64,000 bases of DNA. Origin: Escherichia coli. Its GTDB lineage: Bacteria > Pseudomonadota > Gammaproteobacteria > Enterobacterales > Enterobacteriaceae. The notes beneath the pieces were generated by a model. That model was given only the letters and a program-made list of their open reading frames with translations, was not told the origin of the DNA and ran no database searches. The DNA lies in the NCBI RefSeq assembly GCF_030013595.1, contig NZ_CP122768.1; one strand, written 5' to 3'. Both the position numbers and the translations under genes were made by a program. Below, piece after piece: positions 50,210 to 64,000 of the stretch. How positions within the stretch are numbered: position 1 is the stretch's first letter; every line of letters starts with the position of its first letter.

Positions 50210-50408
50210 GAGGTTGTCCCGTATTCAGTGTCGCTGATTTGTATTGTCTGAAGTTGTTTTTACGTTAAGTTGATGCAGATCAATTAATACGATATCTGCG
50301 TCATAATTGATTATTTGACGTGGTTTGATGGCGTAGATGCACGTTGTGACATGCAGATGATAATTATTATCATTTTGCGGGTCCTTTCCGGCGATCCGAC
50401 AGGTTACG

Positions 50409-50420
50409 GGGCGGCGACCT
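50409..50420 (+). other. lambda-type cohesive end site cosN (12-nt GGGCGGCGACCT)
   Basis: Surrounding sequence matches recalled lambda left end/cosB (GGGCGGCGACCTCGCGGGTTTTCGCTATTTATGAAAATTTTCCGGTTTAAGGCG...). Confidence 0.85.
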
Positions 50421-50597
50421 CGCGGGTTTTCGCTATTTATGAAAATTTTCCGGTTTAAGGCGTTTCCGTTCTTCTTCGTTGTAACTTAATGTTTTTATTT
50501 AAAATACCCCCTGAAAAGAAAGGAAACGACAGGTGCTGAAAACGAGCTTTTGGGCCTCTGTCGTTTCCTTTCTCTGTTTTTGGCCGTGGAATGAACA

Positions 50598-51117
50598 ATG
50601 GAAGTCAACAAAAAGCAGCTGGCTGACATTTTCGGTGCGAGTATCCGTACCATTCAGAACTGGCAGGAACAGGGAATGCCCGTTCTGCGAGGCGGTGGCA
50701 AGGGTAATGAGGTGCTTTATGACTCTGCCGCCGTCATAAAATGGTATGCCGAAAGGGATGCTGAAATTGAGAACGAAAAGCTGCGCCGGGAAGTTGAAGA
50801 ACTGCGGCTGGCCAGCGAGACAGATCTCCAGCCAGGGACTATTGAGTACGAACGCCATCGACTTACGCGTGCGCAGGCCGACGCACAGGAGCTGAAAAAT
50901 GCCAGAGACTCCGCTGAAGTGGTGGAAACCGCATTCTGTACTTTCGTGCTGTCGCGGATCGCAGGTGAAATTGCCAGTATTCTCGACGGGATCCCCCTGT
51001 CGGTGCAGCGGCGTTTTCCGGAACTGGAAAACCGACATGTTGATTTCCTGAAACGGGATATCATCAAAGCCATGAACAAAGCAGCCGCGCTGGATGAACT
51101 GATACCGGGGTTGCTGA

Positions 51118-51143
<26 letters not shown>
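50598..51143 (+). CDS. nu1: terminase small subunit
   Basis: 181 aa, near-identical to recalled lambda Nu1. Confidence 0.9.
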
Positions 51144-54824
<3,681 letters not shown>

Positions 54825-54844
<20 letters not shown>

Positions 54845-56144
54845 TCTCCCGCATATTGCCAGCATGGCCTTTAATGAGCCGCTGATGCTTGAACCCGCCT
54901 ATGCGCGGGTTTTCTTTTGTGCGCTTGCAGGCCAGCTTGGGATCAGCCGCCTGACGGATGCGGTGTCCGGCGACAGCCTGACTGCCCAGGAGGCACCCGC
55001 GACGCTGGCATTATCCGGTGATGATGACGGACCACGACAGGCCCGCAGTTATCAGGTCATGAACGGCATCGCCGTGCTGCCGGTGTCCGGCACGCTGGTC
55101 AGCCGGACGCGGGCGCTGCAGCCGTACTCGGGGATGACCGGTTACAACGGCATTATCGCCCGTCTGCAACAGGCTGCCAGCGACCCGATGGTGGACGGCA
55201 TTCTGCTCGATATGGACACACCGGGCGGAATGGTGGCGGGAGCATTTGACTGCGCTGACATCATCGCCCGTGTGCGTGACATAAAGCCGGTATGGGCGCT
55301 GGCCAACGACATGAACTGCAGTGCAGGTCAGCTGCTTGCCAGTGCCGCCTCCCGGCGTCTGGTCACGCAGACCGCACGGACAGGCTCCATCGGCGTCATG
55401 ATGGCTCACAGTAATTACGGCGCTGCGCTGGAGAAACAGGGCGTGGAAATCACGCTGATTTACAGCGGCAGCCATAAGGTGGATGGCAACCCCTACAGCC
55501 ATCTTCCGGATGACGTCCGGGAGACACTGCAGTCCCGGATGGATGCAACCCGCCGGATGTTTGCGCAGAAGGTGTCGGCATATACCGGCCTGTCCGTGCA
55601 GGCTGTGCTGGATACCGAGGCTGCAGTGTACAGCGGTCAGGAGGCCATTGATGCCGGACTGGCTGATGAACTTGTCAACAGCACCGATGCGATCACCGTT
55701 ATGCGTGATGCACTGGATGCACGTAAATCCCGTCTCTCAGGAGGGCGAATGACCAAAGAGACTCAATCAACAACTGTTTCAGCCACTGCTTCGCAGGCTG
55801 ACGTTACTGACGTGGTGCCAGCGACGGAGGGCGAAAACGCCAGCGCGGCGCAGCCGGACGTGAACGCGCAGATCACCGCTGCGGTTGCGGCAGAAAACAG
55901 CCGCATTATGGGGATCCTCAACTGTGTGGAGGCTCACGGACGCGAAGAACAGGCCCGCGTGCTGGCAGAAACCCCCGGTATGACCGTGGAAACGGCCCGC
56001 CGCATTCTGGCCGCAGCACCACAGAGTGCACAGGCGCGCAGTGACACTGCGCTGGATCGTCTGATGCAGGGGGCACCGGCACCGCTGGCTGCAGGTAACC
56101 CGGCATCTGATGCCGTTAACGATTTGCTGAACACACCAGTGTAA
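54825..56144 (+). CDS. C: head protease/scaffold C (Nu3 nested in same frame)
   Basis: About 439 aa from probable GTG at 54825 (ORF track 54690..56144 has upstream extension); lambda gpC-like. Confidence 0.8.
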
Positions 56145-56153
56145 GGGATGTTT

Positions 56154-56486
56154 ATGACGAGCAAAGAAACCTTTACCCATTACCAGCCGCTGGGCAACAG
56201 TGACCCGGCTCATACCGCAACCGCGCCCGGCGGATTGAGTGCGAAAGCGCCTGCAATGACCCCGCTGATGCTGGACACCTCCACCCGTAAGCTGGTTGCG
56301 TGGGATGGCACCACCGACGGTGCTGCCGTTGGCATTCTGGCGGTTGCTGCTGACCAGACCAGCACCACACTGATGTTCTACAAGTCCGGCACGTTCCGTT
56401 ATGAGGATGTGCTCTGGCCGGAGGCTGCCAGCGACGAGACGAAAAAACGGACCGCGTTTGCCGGAACGGCAATCAGCATCGTTTAA
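56154..56486 (+). CDS. D: head decoration protein D
   Basis: 110 aa from [14 protein letters not shown]. Confidence 0.9.
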   Translation: MTSKETFTHYQPLGNSDPAHTATAPGGLSAKAPAMTPLMLDTSTRKLVAWDGTTDGAAVGILAVAADQTSTTLMFYKSGTFRYEDVLWPEAASDETKKRTAFAGTAISIV

Positions 56487-56541
56487 CCTTACCCTTCATC
56501 ACTAAAGGCCGCCTGTGCGGCTTTTTTTATGGGATTTTTTT

Positions 56542-57567
56542 ATGTCGATGTACACAACCGCCCAGCTGCTGGCGGCAAATGAGAAGAAATTTAAGTTTGA
56601 TCCGCTGTTTCTGCGTCTCTTTTTCCGTGAGAGCTATCCCTTCACCACGGAGAAAGTCTATCTCTCACAAATTCCGGGACTGGTAAACATGGCGCTGTAC
56701 GTTTCGCCGATTGTTTCCGGTGAGGTTATCCGCTCCCGTGGCGGCTCCACCTCTGAATTTACACCGGGATATGTCAAGCCGAAGCATGAGGTGAATCCGC
56801 AGATGACCCTGCGTCGCCTGCCGGATGAAGATCCGCAGAATCTGGCGGACCCGGCTTACCGCCGCCGTCGCATCATCATGCAGAACATGCGAGACGAAGA
56901 GCTGGCCATTGCTCAGGTCGAAGAGATGCAGGCAGTTTCTGCTGTGCTTAAGGGCAAATACACCATGACCGGTGAAGCCTTCGATCCGGTTGAGGTGGAT
57001 ATGGGCCGCAGTGCGGCGAACAACATCACACAGTCCGGTGGTACGGAGTGGAGCAAGCGTGACAAGTCCACGTATGACCCGACCGACGATATCGAAGCCT
57101 ATGCGCTGAACGCCAGCGGAGTGGTGAATATCATCGTGTTTGATCCGAAAGGCTGGGCGCTGTTCCGTTCCTTCAAAGCCGTCAGGGAGAAGCTGGATAC
57201 CCGTCGCGGCTCTCATTCCGAGCTGGAGACAGCGGTAAAAGACCTGGGCGAAGCGGTGTCCTATAAGGGGATGTATGGCGATACGGCGATCGTCGTGTAT
57301 TCCGGACAGTACGTGGAAAACGACGTCAAAAAGAACTTCCTTCCGGACAACACGATGGTGCTGGGGAACACTCAGGCACGCGGTCTGCGCACCTATGGCT
57401 GCATTCAGGATGCGGACGCACAGCGCGAAGGTATTAACGCCTCTGCCCGCTACCCGAAAAACTGGGTGACCACCGGCGATCCGGCGCGTGAGTTCACCAT
57501 GATTCAGTCAGCACCGCTGATGCTGCTGGCTGACCCTGATGCGTTCGTGTCCGTACAACTGGCGTAA
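56542..57567 (+). CDS. E: major capsid protein E
   Basis: 341 aa from MSMYTTAQLLAANE. Confidence 0.9.
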   Translation: MSMYTTAQLLAANEKKFKFDPLFLRLFFRESYPFTTEKVYLSQIPGLVNMALYVSPIVSGEVIRSRGGSTSEFTPGYVKPKHEVNPQMTLRRLPDEDPQNLADPAYRRRRIIMQNMRDEELAIAQVEEMQAVSAVLKGKYTMTGEAFDPVEVDMGRSAANNITQSGGTEWSKRDKSTYDPTDDIEAYALNASGVVNIIVFDPKGWALFRSFKAVREKLDTRRGSHSELETAVKDLGEAVSYKGMYGDTAIVVYSGQYVENDVKKNFLPDNTMVLGNTQARGLRTYGCIQDADAQREGINASARYPKNWVTTGDPAREFTMIQSAPLMLLADPDAFVSVQLA

Positions 57568-57608
57568 TCATGGCCCTTCGGGGCCATTTTCTCTCTGTGG
57601 AGGAGTCC

Positions 57609-58004
57609 ATGACGAAAGATGAACTGATTGCCCGTCTTCAGGTGCTGGGTGAGCAACTGAACCGTGATGTCAGCCTGACGGGGACGAAAGAAGAACTGGT
57701 GCTCCGTGTGGCAGAGCTGGAAGAGGAGCTTGATGACACGGATGACGCTGCCGGTCAGGACACATCTGTCAGCCCGGAAAATGCGCTGACCGGACATGAA
57801 AATGAGGTGGTATCAGCGCAGCCGGATACCGTGACTGATACGGCTGATCTGGTCACGGTTGTGGCACTGGTGACGCTGCATACTGATGCACTTCACGCCA
57901 CGCGGGATGAGGCTGTGGCATTTGTGCTGCCGGGAACGGCGTTCCGTGTCTCTGCCGGTGTGTCAGCTGAAATGACAGAGCGCGGCCTGGCCAGAATGCA
58001 ATAA
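57609..58004 (+). CDS. FI: DNA-packaging protein FI
   Basis: 131 aa from MTKDELIARLQ. Confidence 0.85.
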   Translation: MTKDELIARLQVLGEQLNRDVSLTGTKEELVLRVAELEEELDDTDDAAGQDTSVSPENALTGHENEVVSAQPDTVTDTADLVTVVALVTLHTDALHATRDEAVAFVLPGTAFRVSAGVSAEMTERGLARMQ

Positions 58005-58015
58005 CGGGAGGCGCT

Positions 58016-58369
58016 GTGGCTGATTTCGATAACCTGTTCGATGCTGCCATTGCCCGCGCCGATGAAACGATACGCGGGTACATGGGAACGTCAGCCACCA
58101 TGACATCCGGTGAGCAGTCCGGTGCTGTGATACGTGGTGTTTTTGATGACCCTGAAAATATCAGCTATGCCGGACAGGGCGTGCGCGTTGAAGGCTCCAG
58201 CCCGTCCCTGTTTGTCCGGACTGATGATGTGCGGCAGCTGCGGCGCGGCGACACGCTGACCATCGGTGAGGAAAACTTCTGGATAGACCGGATTTCGCCG
58301 GATGATGGCGGAAGCTGTCATCTCTGGCTTGGGCGGGGCGTACCGCCTGCCGTTAACCGTCGCCGCTGA
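58016..58369 (+). CDS. FII: head completion protein FII
   Basis: 117 aa MADFDNLFDAAIARADETIRGYMG. Confidence 0.9.
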   Translation: MADFDNLFDAAIARADETIRGYMGTSATMTSGEQSGAVIRGVFDDPENISYAGQGVRVEGSSPSLFVRTDDVRQLRRGDTLTIGEENFWIDRISPDDGGSCHLWLGRGVPPAVNRRR

Positions 58370-58380
58370 AAGGGGGATGT

Positions 58381-58959
58381 ATGGCCATAAAAGGTCTTGA
58401 GCAGGCCGTTGAAAACCTCAGCCGTATCAGCAGAACGGCGGTGCCCGGTGCCGCCGCAATGGCCATTAACCGCGTTGCTTCATCCGCGATATCGCAGTCG
58501 GCGTCACAGGTTGCCCGTGAGACAAAGGTACGCCGGAAACTGGTAAAGGAAAGGGCCAGGCTGAAAAGGGCCACGGTCAAAAATCCGCAGGCCAGAATCA
58601 GGGTTAACCGGGGGGATTTGCCCGTAATAAAGCTGGGTAACGCGCGGATTGTCCTGTCCCGACGCAGGCGTCGTAAAAAGGGGCAGCGTTCAGCCCTGAA
58701 AGGTGGCGGCAGCGTGCTTGTGGTGGGAAACCGTCGTATTCCCGGCGCGTTTATTCAGCAACTGAAAAATGGCCGCTGGCATGTCATGCAGCGTGTGGCC
58801 GGGAAAAATCGTTACCCCATTGATGTGGTGAAAATCCCGATGGCGGTGCCGCTGACCACGGCGTTTAAACAGAATATTGAGCGGATACGGCGTGAGCGTC
58901 TTCCGAAAGAGCTGGGCTATGCGCTGCAGCATCAACTGAGGATGGTAATAAAGCGATGA
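58381..58959 (+). CDS. Z: tail completion protein Z
   Basis: 192 aa lambda gpZ-like. Confidence 0.85.
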   Translation: MAIKGLEQAVENLSRISRTAVPGAAAMAINRVASSAISQSASQVARETKVRRKLVKERARLKRATVKNPQARIRVNRGDLPVIKLGNARIVLSRRRRRKKGQRSALKGGGSVLVVGNRRIPGAFIQQLKNGRWHVMQRVAGKNRYPIDVVKIPMAVPLTTAFKQNIERIRRERLPKELGYALQHQLRMVIKR

Positions 58960-59351
58960 AACATACTGAACTCCGAGCAGCCGTACTGGATGCACTGGAG
59001 AAGCATGACACCGGGGCGACGCTTTTTGATGGTCGCCCCGCTGTTTTTGATGAGGAAGATTTTCCGGCAATTGCCGTTTATCTCACCGGCGCTGAATACA
59101 CGGGCGAAGAGCTGGACAGCGATACCTGGCAGGCGGAGCTGCATATTGAAGTTTTCCTGCCTGCTCAGGTGCCGGATTCAGAGCTGGATGCGTGGATGGA
59201 GTCCCGGATTTATCCGGTGATGAGTGATATCCCGGCACTGTCAGATTTGATCACCAGTATGGTGACCAGCGGCTATGACTATCGGCGCGACGATGATGCG
59301 GGCCTGTGGAGTTCAGCCGATCTGACTTATGTCATTACCTATGAAATGTGA
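58956..59351 (+). CDS. U: tail terminator protein U
   Basis: 131 aa lambda gpU-like. Confidence 0.85.
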   Translation: MKHTELRAAVLDALEKHDTGATLFDGRPAVFDEEDFPAIAVYLTGAEYTGEELDSDTWQAELHIEVFLPAQVPDSELDAWMESRIYPVMSDIPALSDLITSMVTSGYDYRRDDDAGLWSSADLTYVITYEM

Positions 59352-59358
59352 GGACGCT

Positions 59359-60099
59359 ATGCCTGTACCAAATCCTGTAATGCCGGTGAAAGGGGCCGGG
59401 ACCACCCTGTGGGTTTATAAGGGGAGTGGTGACCCTTATGCGAATCCGCTTTCAGACGTTGACTGGTCGCGTCTGGCAAAAGTTAAAGACCTGACGCCCG
59501 GCGAACTGACCGCTGAGTCTTATGACGACAGCTATCTCGATGATGAAGATGCAGACTGGACTGCGACCGGGCAGGGGCAGAAATCTGCCGGAGATACCAG
59601 CTTCACGCTGGCGTGGATGCCCGGAGAGCAGGGGCAGCAGGCGCTGCTGGCGTGGTTTAATGAAGGCGATACCCGTGCCTATAAAATCCGCTTCCCGAAC
59701 GGCACGGTCGATGTGTTCCGTGGCTGGGTCAGCAGTATCGGTAAGGCGGTGACGGCGAAGGAAGTGATTACCCGCACGGTGAAGGTCACCAATGTGGGAC
59801 GTCCGTCGATGGCAGAAGATCGCAGCACGGTGACGGCGACAACCGGCATGACGGTGACACCCGCCAGTGCTTCCGTAGTGAAAGGGCAGAGCACCACGCT
59901 GACCGTGGCATTCCAGCCGGATGGCGCAACCGACAAGAGCTTCCGTGCGGTGTCTGCGGATAAAACAAAAGCCACCGTGTCGGTCAGTGGTATGACCATC
60001 ACCGTGAAAGGTGTTGCTGCAGGCAAGGTCAACATTCCGGTCGTATCCGGTAATGGTGAGTTTGCTGCGGTTGCAGAAATCAACGTCACCGCCAGTTAA
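59359..60099 (+). CDS. V: major tail tube protein V
   Basis: 246 aa from [14 protein letters not shown]. Confidence 0.9.
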   Translation: MPVPNPVMPVKGAGTTLWVYKGSGDPYANPLSDVDWSRLAKVKDLTPGELTAESYDDSYLDDEDADWTATGQGQKSAGDTSFTLAWMPGEQGQQALLAWFNEGDTRAYKIRFPNGTVDVFRGWVSSIGKAVTAKEVITRTVKVTNVGRPSMAEDRSTVTATTGMTVTPASASVVKGQSTTLTVAFQPDGATDKSFRAVSADKTKATVSVSGMTITVKGVAAGKVNIPVVSGNGEFAAVAEINVTAS

Positions 60100-60114
60100 T
60101 CCGGAGAGTCAGCG

Positions 60115-60537
60115 ATGTTCCTGAAAACCGAATCATTTGAACATAACGGTGTGACCGTCACGCTTTCTGAACTGTCAGCCCTGCAGCGTATTGAGCATCT
60201 CGCCCTGATGAAACGGCAGGCAGAACAGGCGGAGTCAGACAGCAACCGGAAGTTTACTGTGGAAGACGCCATCAGAACCGGTGCTTTTGTGGTGGCGATG
60301 TCCCTGTGGCATAACCATCCGCAGAAGACAAAGCTGCCTTCCATGAATGAAGCCGTTAAACAGATTGAGCAGGAAGTGCTTACCACCTGGCCCACAGAGG
60401 CAATTTCTCATGCTGAAAACGTGGTGTACCGGCTGTCCGGTATGTATGAGTTTGTGGTGAATGATGCTCCTGAACAGGCAGAGGACGCCGGGCCTGCAGA
60501 GCCTGTTTCTGCGGGAAAGTGTTCGACGGTGAGCTGA
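60115..60537 (+). CDS. G: tail assembly chaperone G
   Basis: 140 aa lambda gpG-like. Confidence 0.85.
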   Translation: MFLKTESFEHNGVTVTLSELSALQRIEHLALMKRQAEQAESDSNRKFTVEDAIRTGAFVVAMSLWHNHPQKTKLPSMNEAVKQIEQEVLTTWPTEAISHAENVVYRLSGMYEFVVNDAPEQAEDAGPAEPVSAGKCSTVS

Positions 60538-60953
60538 GTTTTGCCCTGAAACTGGCGCGTGAGATGGGGCGACCCGACTGGCGCGCCATGCTTGCCGGGA
60601 TGTCATCCACGGAGTATGCCGACTGGCACCGCTTTTACAGTACCCATTATTTTCATGATGTTCTGCTGGATATGCACTTTTCCGGGCTGACGTACACCGT
60701 GCTCAGCCTGTTTTTCAGCGATCCGGAGATGCATCCGCTGGATTTCAGTCTGCTGAACCGGCGCGAGGCTGACGAAGAGCCTGAAGATGATGTGCTGATG
60801 CAGAAAGCGGCAGGGCTTGCCGGAGGCGTTCGTTTTGGCCCGGACGGGAATGAAGTTATCCCCGCTTCCCCGGATGTGGCGGACATGACGGAGGATGACG
60901 TAATGCTGATGACAGTATCAGAAGGGATCGCAGGAGGAGTCCGGTATGGCTGA
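60115..60953 (+). CDS. T: tail assembly chaperone G-T fusion via -1 programmed frameshift at GGGAAAG (60513-60519)
   Basis: Slippery heptamer at end of G; -1 frame continues VFDGELSFALKLARE... to 60953 as in lambda. Confidence 0.75.
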
Positions 60954-63525
60954 ACCGGTAGGCGATCTGGTCGTTGATTTAAGTCTGGATGCGGCCAGAT
61001 TTGACGAGCAGATGGCCAGAGTCAGGCGTCATTTTTCCGGTACGGAAATTGATGCGAAAAAAACAGCGGCAGTCGTTGAACAGTCGCTGAGCCGACAGGC
61101 GCTGGCTGCACAGAAAGCGGGGATTTCCGTCGGGCAGTATAAAGCCGCCATGCGTATGCTGCCTGCACAGTTCACCGACGTGGCCACGCAGCTTGCAGGC
61201 GGGCAAAGCCCGTGGCTGATCCTGCTGCAACAGGGTGGTCAGGTTAAGGACTCCTTCGGCGGGATGATCCCCATGTTCAGGGGGCTTGCCGGTGCGATCA
61301 CCCTGCCGATGGTGGGGGCCACCTCGCTGGCGGTGGCGACCGGTGCGCTGGCGTATGCCTGGTATCAGGGCAACTCAACCCTGTCCGATTTCAACAAAAC
61401 GCTGGTCCTTTCCGGCAATCAGGCGGGACTGACGGCAGATCGTATGCTGGTCCTGTCCAGAGCCGGGCAGGCGGCAGGGCTGACGTTTAACCAGACCAGC
61501 GAGTCACTGACGGCGCTGGTGAATGCCGGTGTGCGTGGTGGTGAGCAGTTTGAGGCGATCAGCCAGAGTGTGGCGCGTTTCTCCTCTGCATCCGGCGTGG
61601 AGGTGGACAAGGTCGCTGAAGCCTTCGGGAAGCTGACCACAGACCCGACGTCGGGACTGACAGCGATGGCACGTCAGTTCCATAACGTGACGGCGGAGCA
61701 GATTGCGTATGTTGCTCAGTTGCAGCGTTCCGGAGATGAAGCCGGGGCATTGCAGGCGGCGAACGAGGCCGCAACGAAAGGGTTTGATGACCAGACCCGC
61801 CGCCTGAAAGAGAACATGGGCACGCTGGAGACCTGGGCAGACAGGACAGCACGGGCATTCAAATCCATGTGGGATTCGGTGCTGGATATTGGTCGCCCGG
61901 ACACTGCCCAGGGAATGCTGGAGAAAGCAGAAAAGGCTTTTGATGAGGCGGACAAAAAATGGCAGTGGTATCAGAGCCGGAGCCACCGGCGCGGTAAAAC
62001 CTCAGCATTTCTTGCCAATCTCCGGGGAGCATGGGAGGACAGAGCGAATGCGCAACTTGGGCTTTCAGCCGCCACGTTGCAGGCCGATCTTGAAAAGGCC
62101 AGAGAGATGGCAGCAAAGGACTGGGCCGAGTCTGAGGCATCACGGCTGAAATATACCGAAGAGGCGCAGAAGGCTTACGAACGCCTGCAGACGCCGCTGG
62201 AGAAATATACCGCCCGTCAGGAAGAACTGAACAAGGCACTGAAGGACGGGAAAATTCTGCAGGCAGATTACAACACGCTGATGGCGGCGGCGAAAAAGGA
62301 CTATGAAGCGACGCTGAAAAAGCCGAAACAGTCCGGCGTGAAGGTGTCTGCGGGCGATCGTCAGGAAGACAGTGCTCATGCTGCCCTGCTGACGCTTCAG
62401 GCAGAACTCCGGACGCTGGAGAAGCATGCCGGAGCAAATGAGAAAATCAGCCAGCAGCGCCGGGATTTGTGGAAGGCGGAGAGTCAGTTCGCGGTACTGG
62501 AGGAGGCGGCGCAACGTCGCCAGCTGTCTGCACAGGAGAAATCCCTGCTGGCGCATAAAGATGAGACGCTGGAGTACAAACGCCAGCTGGCTGCACTTGG
62601 CGACAAGGTTACGTATCAGGAGCGCCTGAACGCGCTGGCGCAGCAGGCGGATAAATTCGCACAGCAGCAACGGGCAAAACGGGCCGCTATTGATGCGAAA
62701 AGCCGGGGGCTGACTGACCGGCAGGCAGAACGGGAAGCCACGGAACAGCGCCTGAAGGAACAGTATGGCGATAATCCTCTGGCGCTGAATAACGTCATGT
62801 CAGAGCAGAAAAAGACCTGGGCGGCTGAAGACCTGCTTCGCGGGAACTGGATGGCAGGCCTCAGGTCCGGCTGGAGCGAGTGGAAAGAGAGTGCCACGGA
62901 CAGTATGTCGCAGGTTAAAAGTGCAGCCACGCAGACCTTTGATGGTATTGCGCAGAATATGGCGGCGATGCTGACCGGCAGTGAACAGAACTGGCGCAGC
63001 TTCACCCGCTCCGTGCTGTCCATGATGACAGAAATTCTGCTTAAGCAGGCAATGGTGGGGATTGTCGGGAGTATCGGCAGCGCTATTGGCGGGGCTGTTG
63101 GTGGCGGCGCATCCGCGTCAGGCGGTACAGCCATTCAGGCCGCTGCGGCGAAATTCCATTTTGCAACCGGAGGATTTACGGGAACCGGCGGCAAATATGA
63201 GCCAGCGGGGATTGTTCACCGTGGTGAATTTGTCTTCACAAAGGAGGCAACCAGCCGGATTGGCGTGGGGAATCTCTACCGGCTGATGCGCGGCTATGCC
63301 ACCGGTGGTTATGTCGGTACACCGGGCAGTCTGGCTGACAGCCGGTCGCAGGCGTCCGGGACGTTTGAGCAGAATAACCATGTGGTGATTAACAACGACG
63401 GCACGAACGGGCAGATAGGTCCGGCTGCTCTGAAGGCGGTGTATGACATGGCCCGCAAGGGTGCCCGTGATGAAATTCAGACACAGATGCGTGATGGTGG
63501 ACTGTTCTCCGGAGGTGGACGATGA
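60946..63525 (+). CDS. H: tail tape-measure protein H
   Basis: 859 aa lambda gpH-like. Confidence 0.9.
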   Translation: MAEPVGDLVVDLSLDAARFDEQMARVRRHFSGTEIDAKKTAAVVEQSLSRQALAAQKAGISVGQYKAAMRMLPAQFTDVATQLAGGQSPWLILLQQGGQVKDSFGGMIPMFRGLAGAITLPMVGATSLAVATGALAYAWYQGNSTLSDFNKTLVLSGNQAGLTADRMLVLSRAGQAAGLTFNQTSESLTALVNAGVRGGEQFEAISQSVARFSSASGVEVDKVAEAFGKLTTDPTSGLTAMARQFHNVTAEQIAYVAQLQRSGDEAGALQAANEAATKGFDDQTRRLKENMGTLETWADRTARAFKSMWDSVLDIGRPDTAQGMLEKAEKAFDEADKKWQWYQSRSHRRGKTSAFLANLRGAWEDRANAQLGLSAATLQADLEKAREMAAKDWAESEASRLKYTEEAQKAYERLQTPLEKYTARQEELNKALKDGKILQADYNTLMAAAKKDYEATLKKPKQSGVKVSAGDRQEDSAHAALLTLQAELRTLEKHAGANEKISQQRRDLWKAESQFAVLEEAAQRRQLSAQEKSLLAHKDETLEYKRQLAALGDKVTYQERLNALAQQADKFAQQQRAKRAAIDAKSRGLTDRQAEREATEQRLKEQYGDNPLALNNVMSEQKKTWAAEDLLRGNWMAGLRSGWSEWKESATDSMSQVKSAATQTFDGIAQNMAAMLTGSEQNWRSFTRSVLSMMTEILLKQAMVGIVGSIGSAIGGAVGGGASASGGTAIQAAAAKFHFATGGFTGTGGKYEPAGIVHRGEFVFTKEATSRIGVGNLYRLMRGYATGGYVGTPGSLADSRSQASGTFEQNNHVVINNDGTNGQIGPAALKAVYDMARKGARDEIQTQMRDGGLFSGGGR

Positions 63526-63851
63526 AAACCTTCCGCTGGAAAGTGAAACCCGGTATGGATGTGGCTTCGGCCCCTTCTGTAAGAAAGGTGCGCTTTGGTG
63601 ATGGCTATTCCCAGCGAGCGCCTGCCGGGCTGAATGCCAACCTGAAAACGTACAGCGTGACGCTTTCTGTCCCCCGTGAGGAGGCCACGGTACTGGAGTC
63701 GTTTCTGGAAGAGCACGGGGGCTGGAAAGCCTTTCTGTGGACGCCGCCTTATGAGTGGCGGCAGATAAAGGTGACCTGCGCAAAATGGTCGTCGCGGGTC
63801 AGTATGCTGCGTGTTGAGTTCAGCGCAGAGTTTGAACAGGTGGTGAACTGA
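63522..63851 (+). CDS. M: tail tip protein M
   Basis: 109 aa lambda gpM-like. Confidence 0.85.
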   Translation: MKTFRWKVKPGMDVASAPSVRKVRFGDGYSQRAPAGLNANLKTYSVTLSVPREEATVLESFLEEHGGWKAFLWTPPYEWRQIKVTCAKWSSRVSMLRVEFSAEFEQVVN

Positions 63852-64000
63852 TGCAGGATATCCGGCAGGAAACACTGAATGAATGCACCCGTGCGGAGCA
63901 GTCGGCCAGCGTGGTGCTCTGGGAAATCGACCTGACAGAGGTCGGTGGAGAACGTTATTTTTTCTGTAATGAGCAGAACGAAAAAGGTGAGCCGGTCACC
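63852..64000 (+). CDS. L: tail tip protein L, 3' end outside window
   Basis: MQDIRQETLNECTRAEQSASVVLWEIDLTEVGGERYFFCNEQNEKGEPVT matches recalled lambda gpL N-terminus. Confidence 0.85.

Overview
This window is an Escherichia coli-type chromosome segment (mlc-ynfK-clcB-dmsD-ynfHGFE ... ynfDC-speG-ynfBA-rspAB) followed by a Qin/DicB-type lambdoid prophage inserted in ydfJ that runs off the right edge. The most interesting object is a 9.4-kb integrative element that splits ynfE (8811-18241), flanked by a 10-bp direct repeat. It carries a frameshifted tyrosine integrase, 44-bp tandem repeats, eight same-strand ORFs (two KilA-N proteins, unknowns) and four T7/T3-type single-subunit-RNAP promoters arranged as two tandem pairs, yet encodes no RNA polymerase. 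I interpret it as a candidate satellite or parasite of a T7/T3-like helper phage, or else a heavily reduced T7-like prophage. The prophage (about 24976 to window end) has a DicA/DicC immunity region, dicF-dicB-ydfD, an O-like replication gene with iterons, flxA, relBE-hokD, rem, ydfU, quuQ, three csp paralogs, a lysis cassette, a lambda cos site and head/tail genes nu1 through L that match lambda closely. It also carries an AT-rich moron with an uncharacterised P-loop NTPase (36616-38103) next to an ISNCY-type transposase. Two identical 2700-bp IS66-family copies sit in inverted orientation, one inside the ynfE element and one splitting the prophage integrase, each with its own 8-bp target-site duplication. 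Nothing was searched against databases: gene identities rest on motif recognition, synteny and my recollection of E. coli and lambda protein sequences, and coordinates of starts are approximate where the ORF track and known gene lengths disagree.
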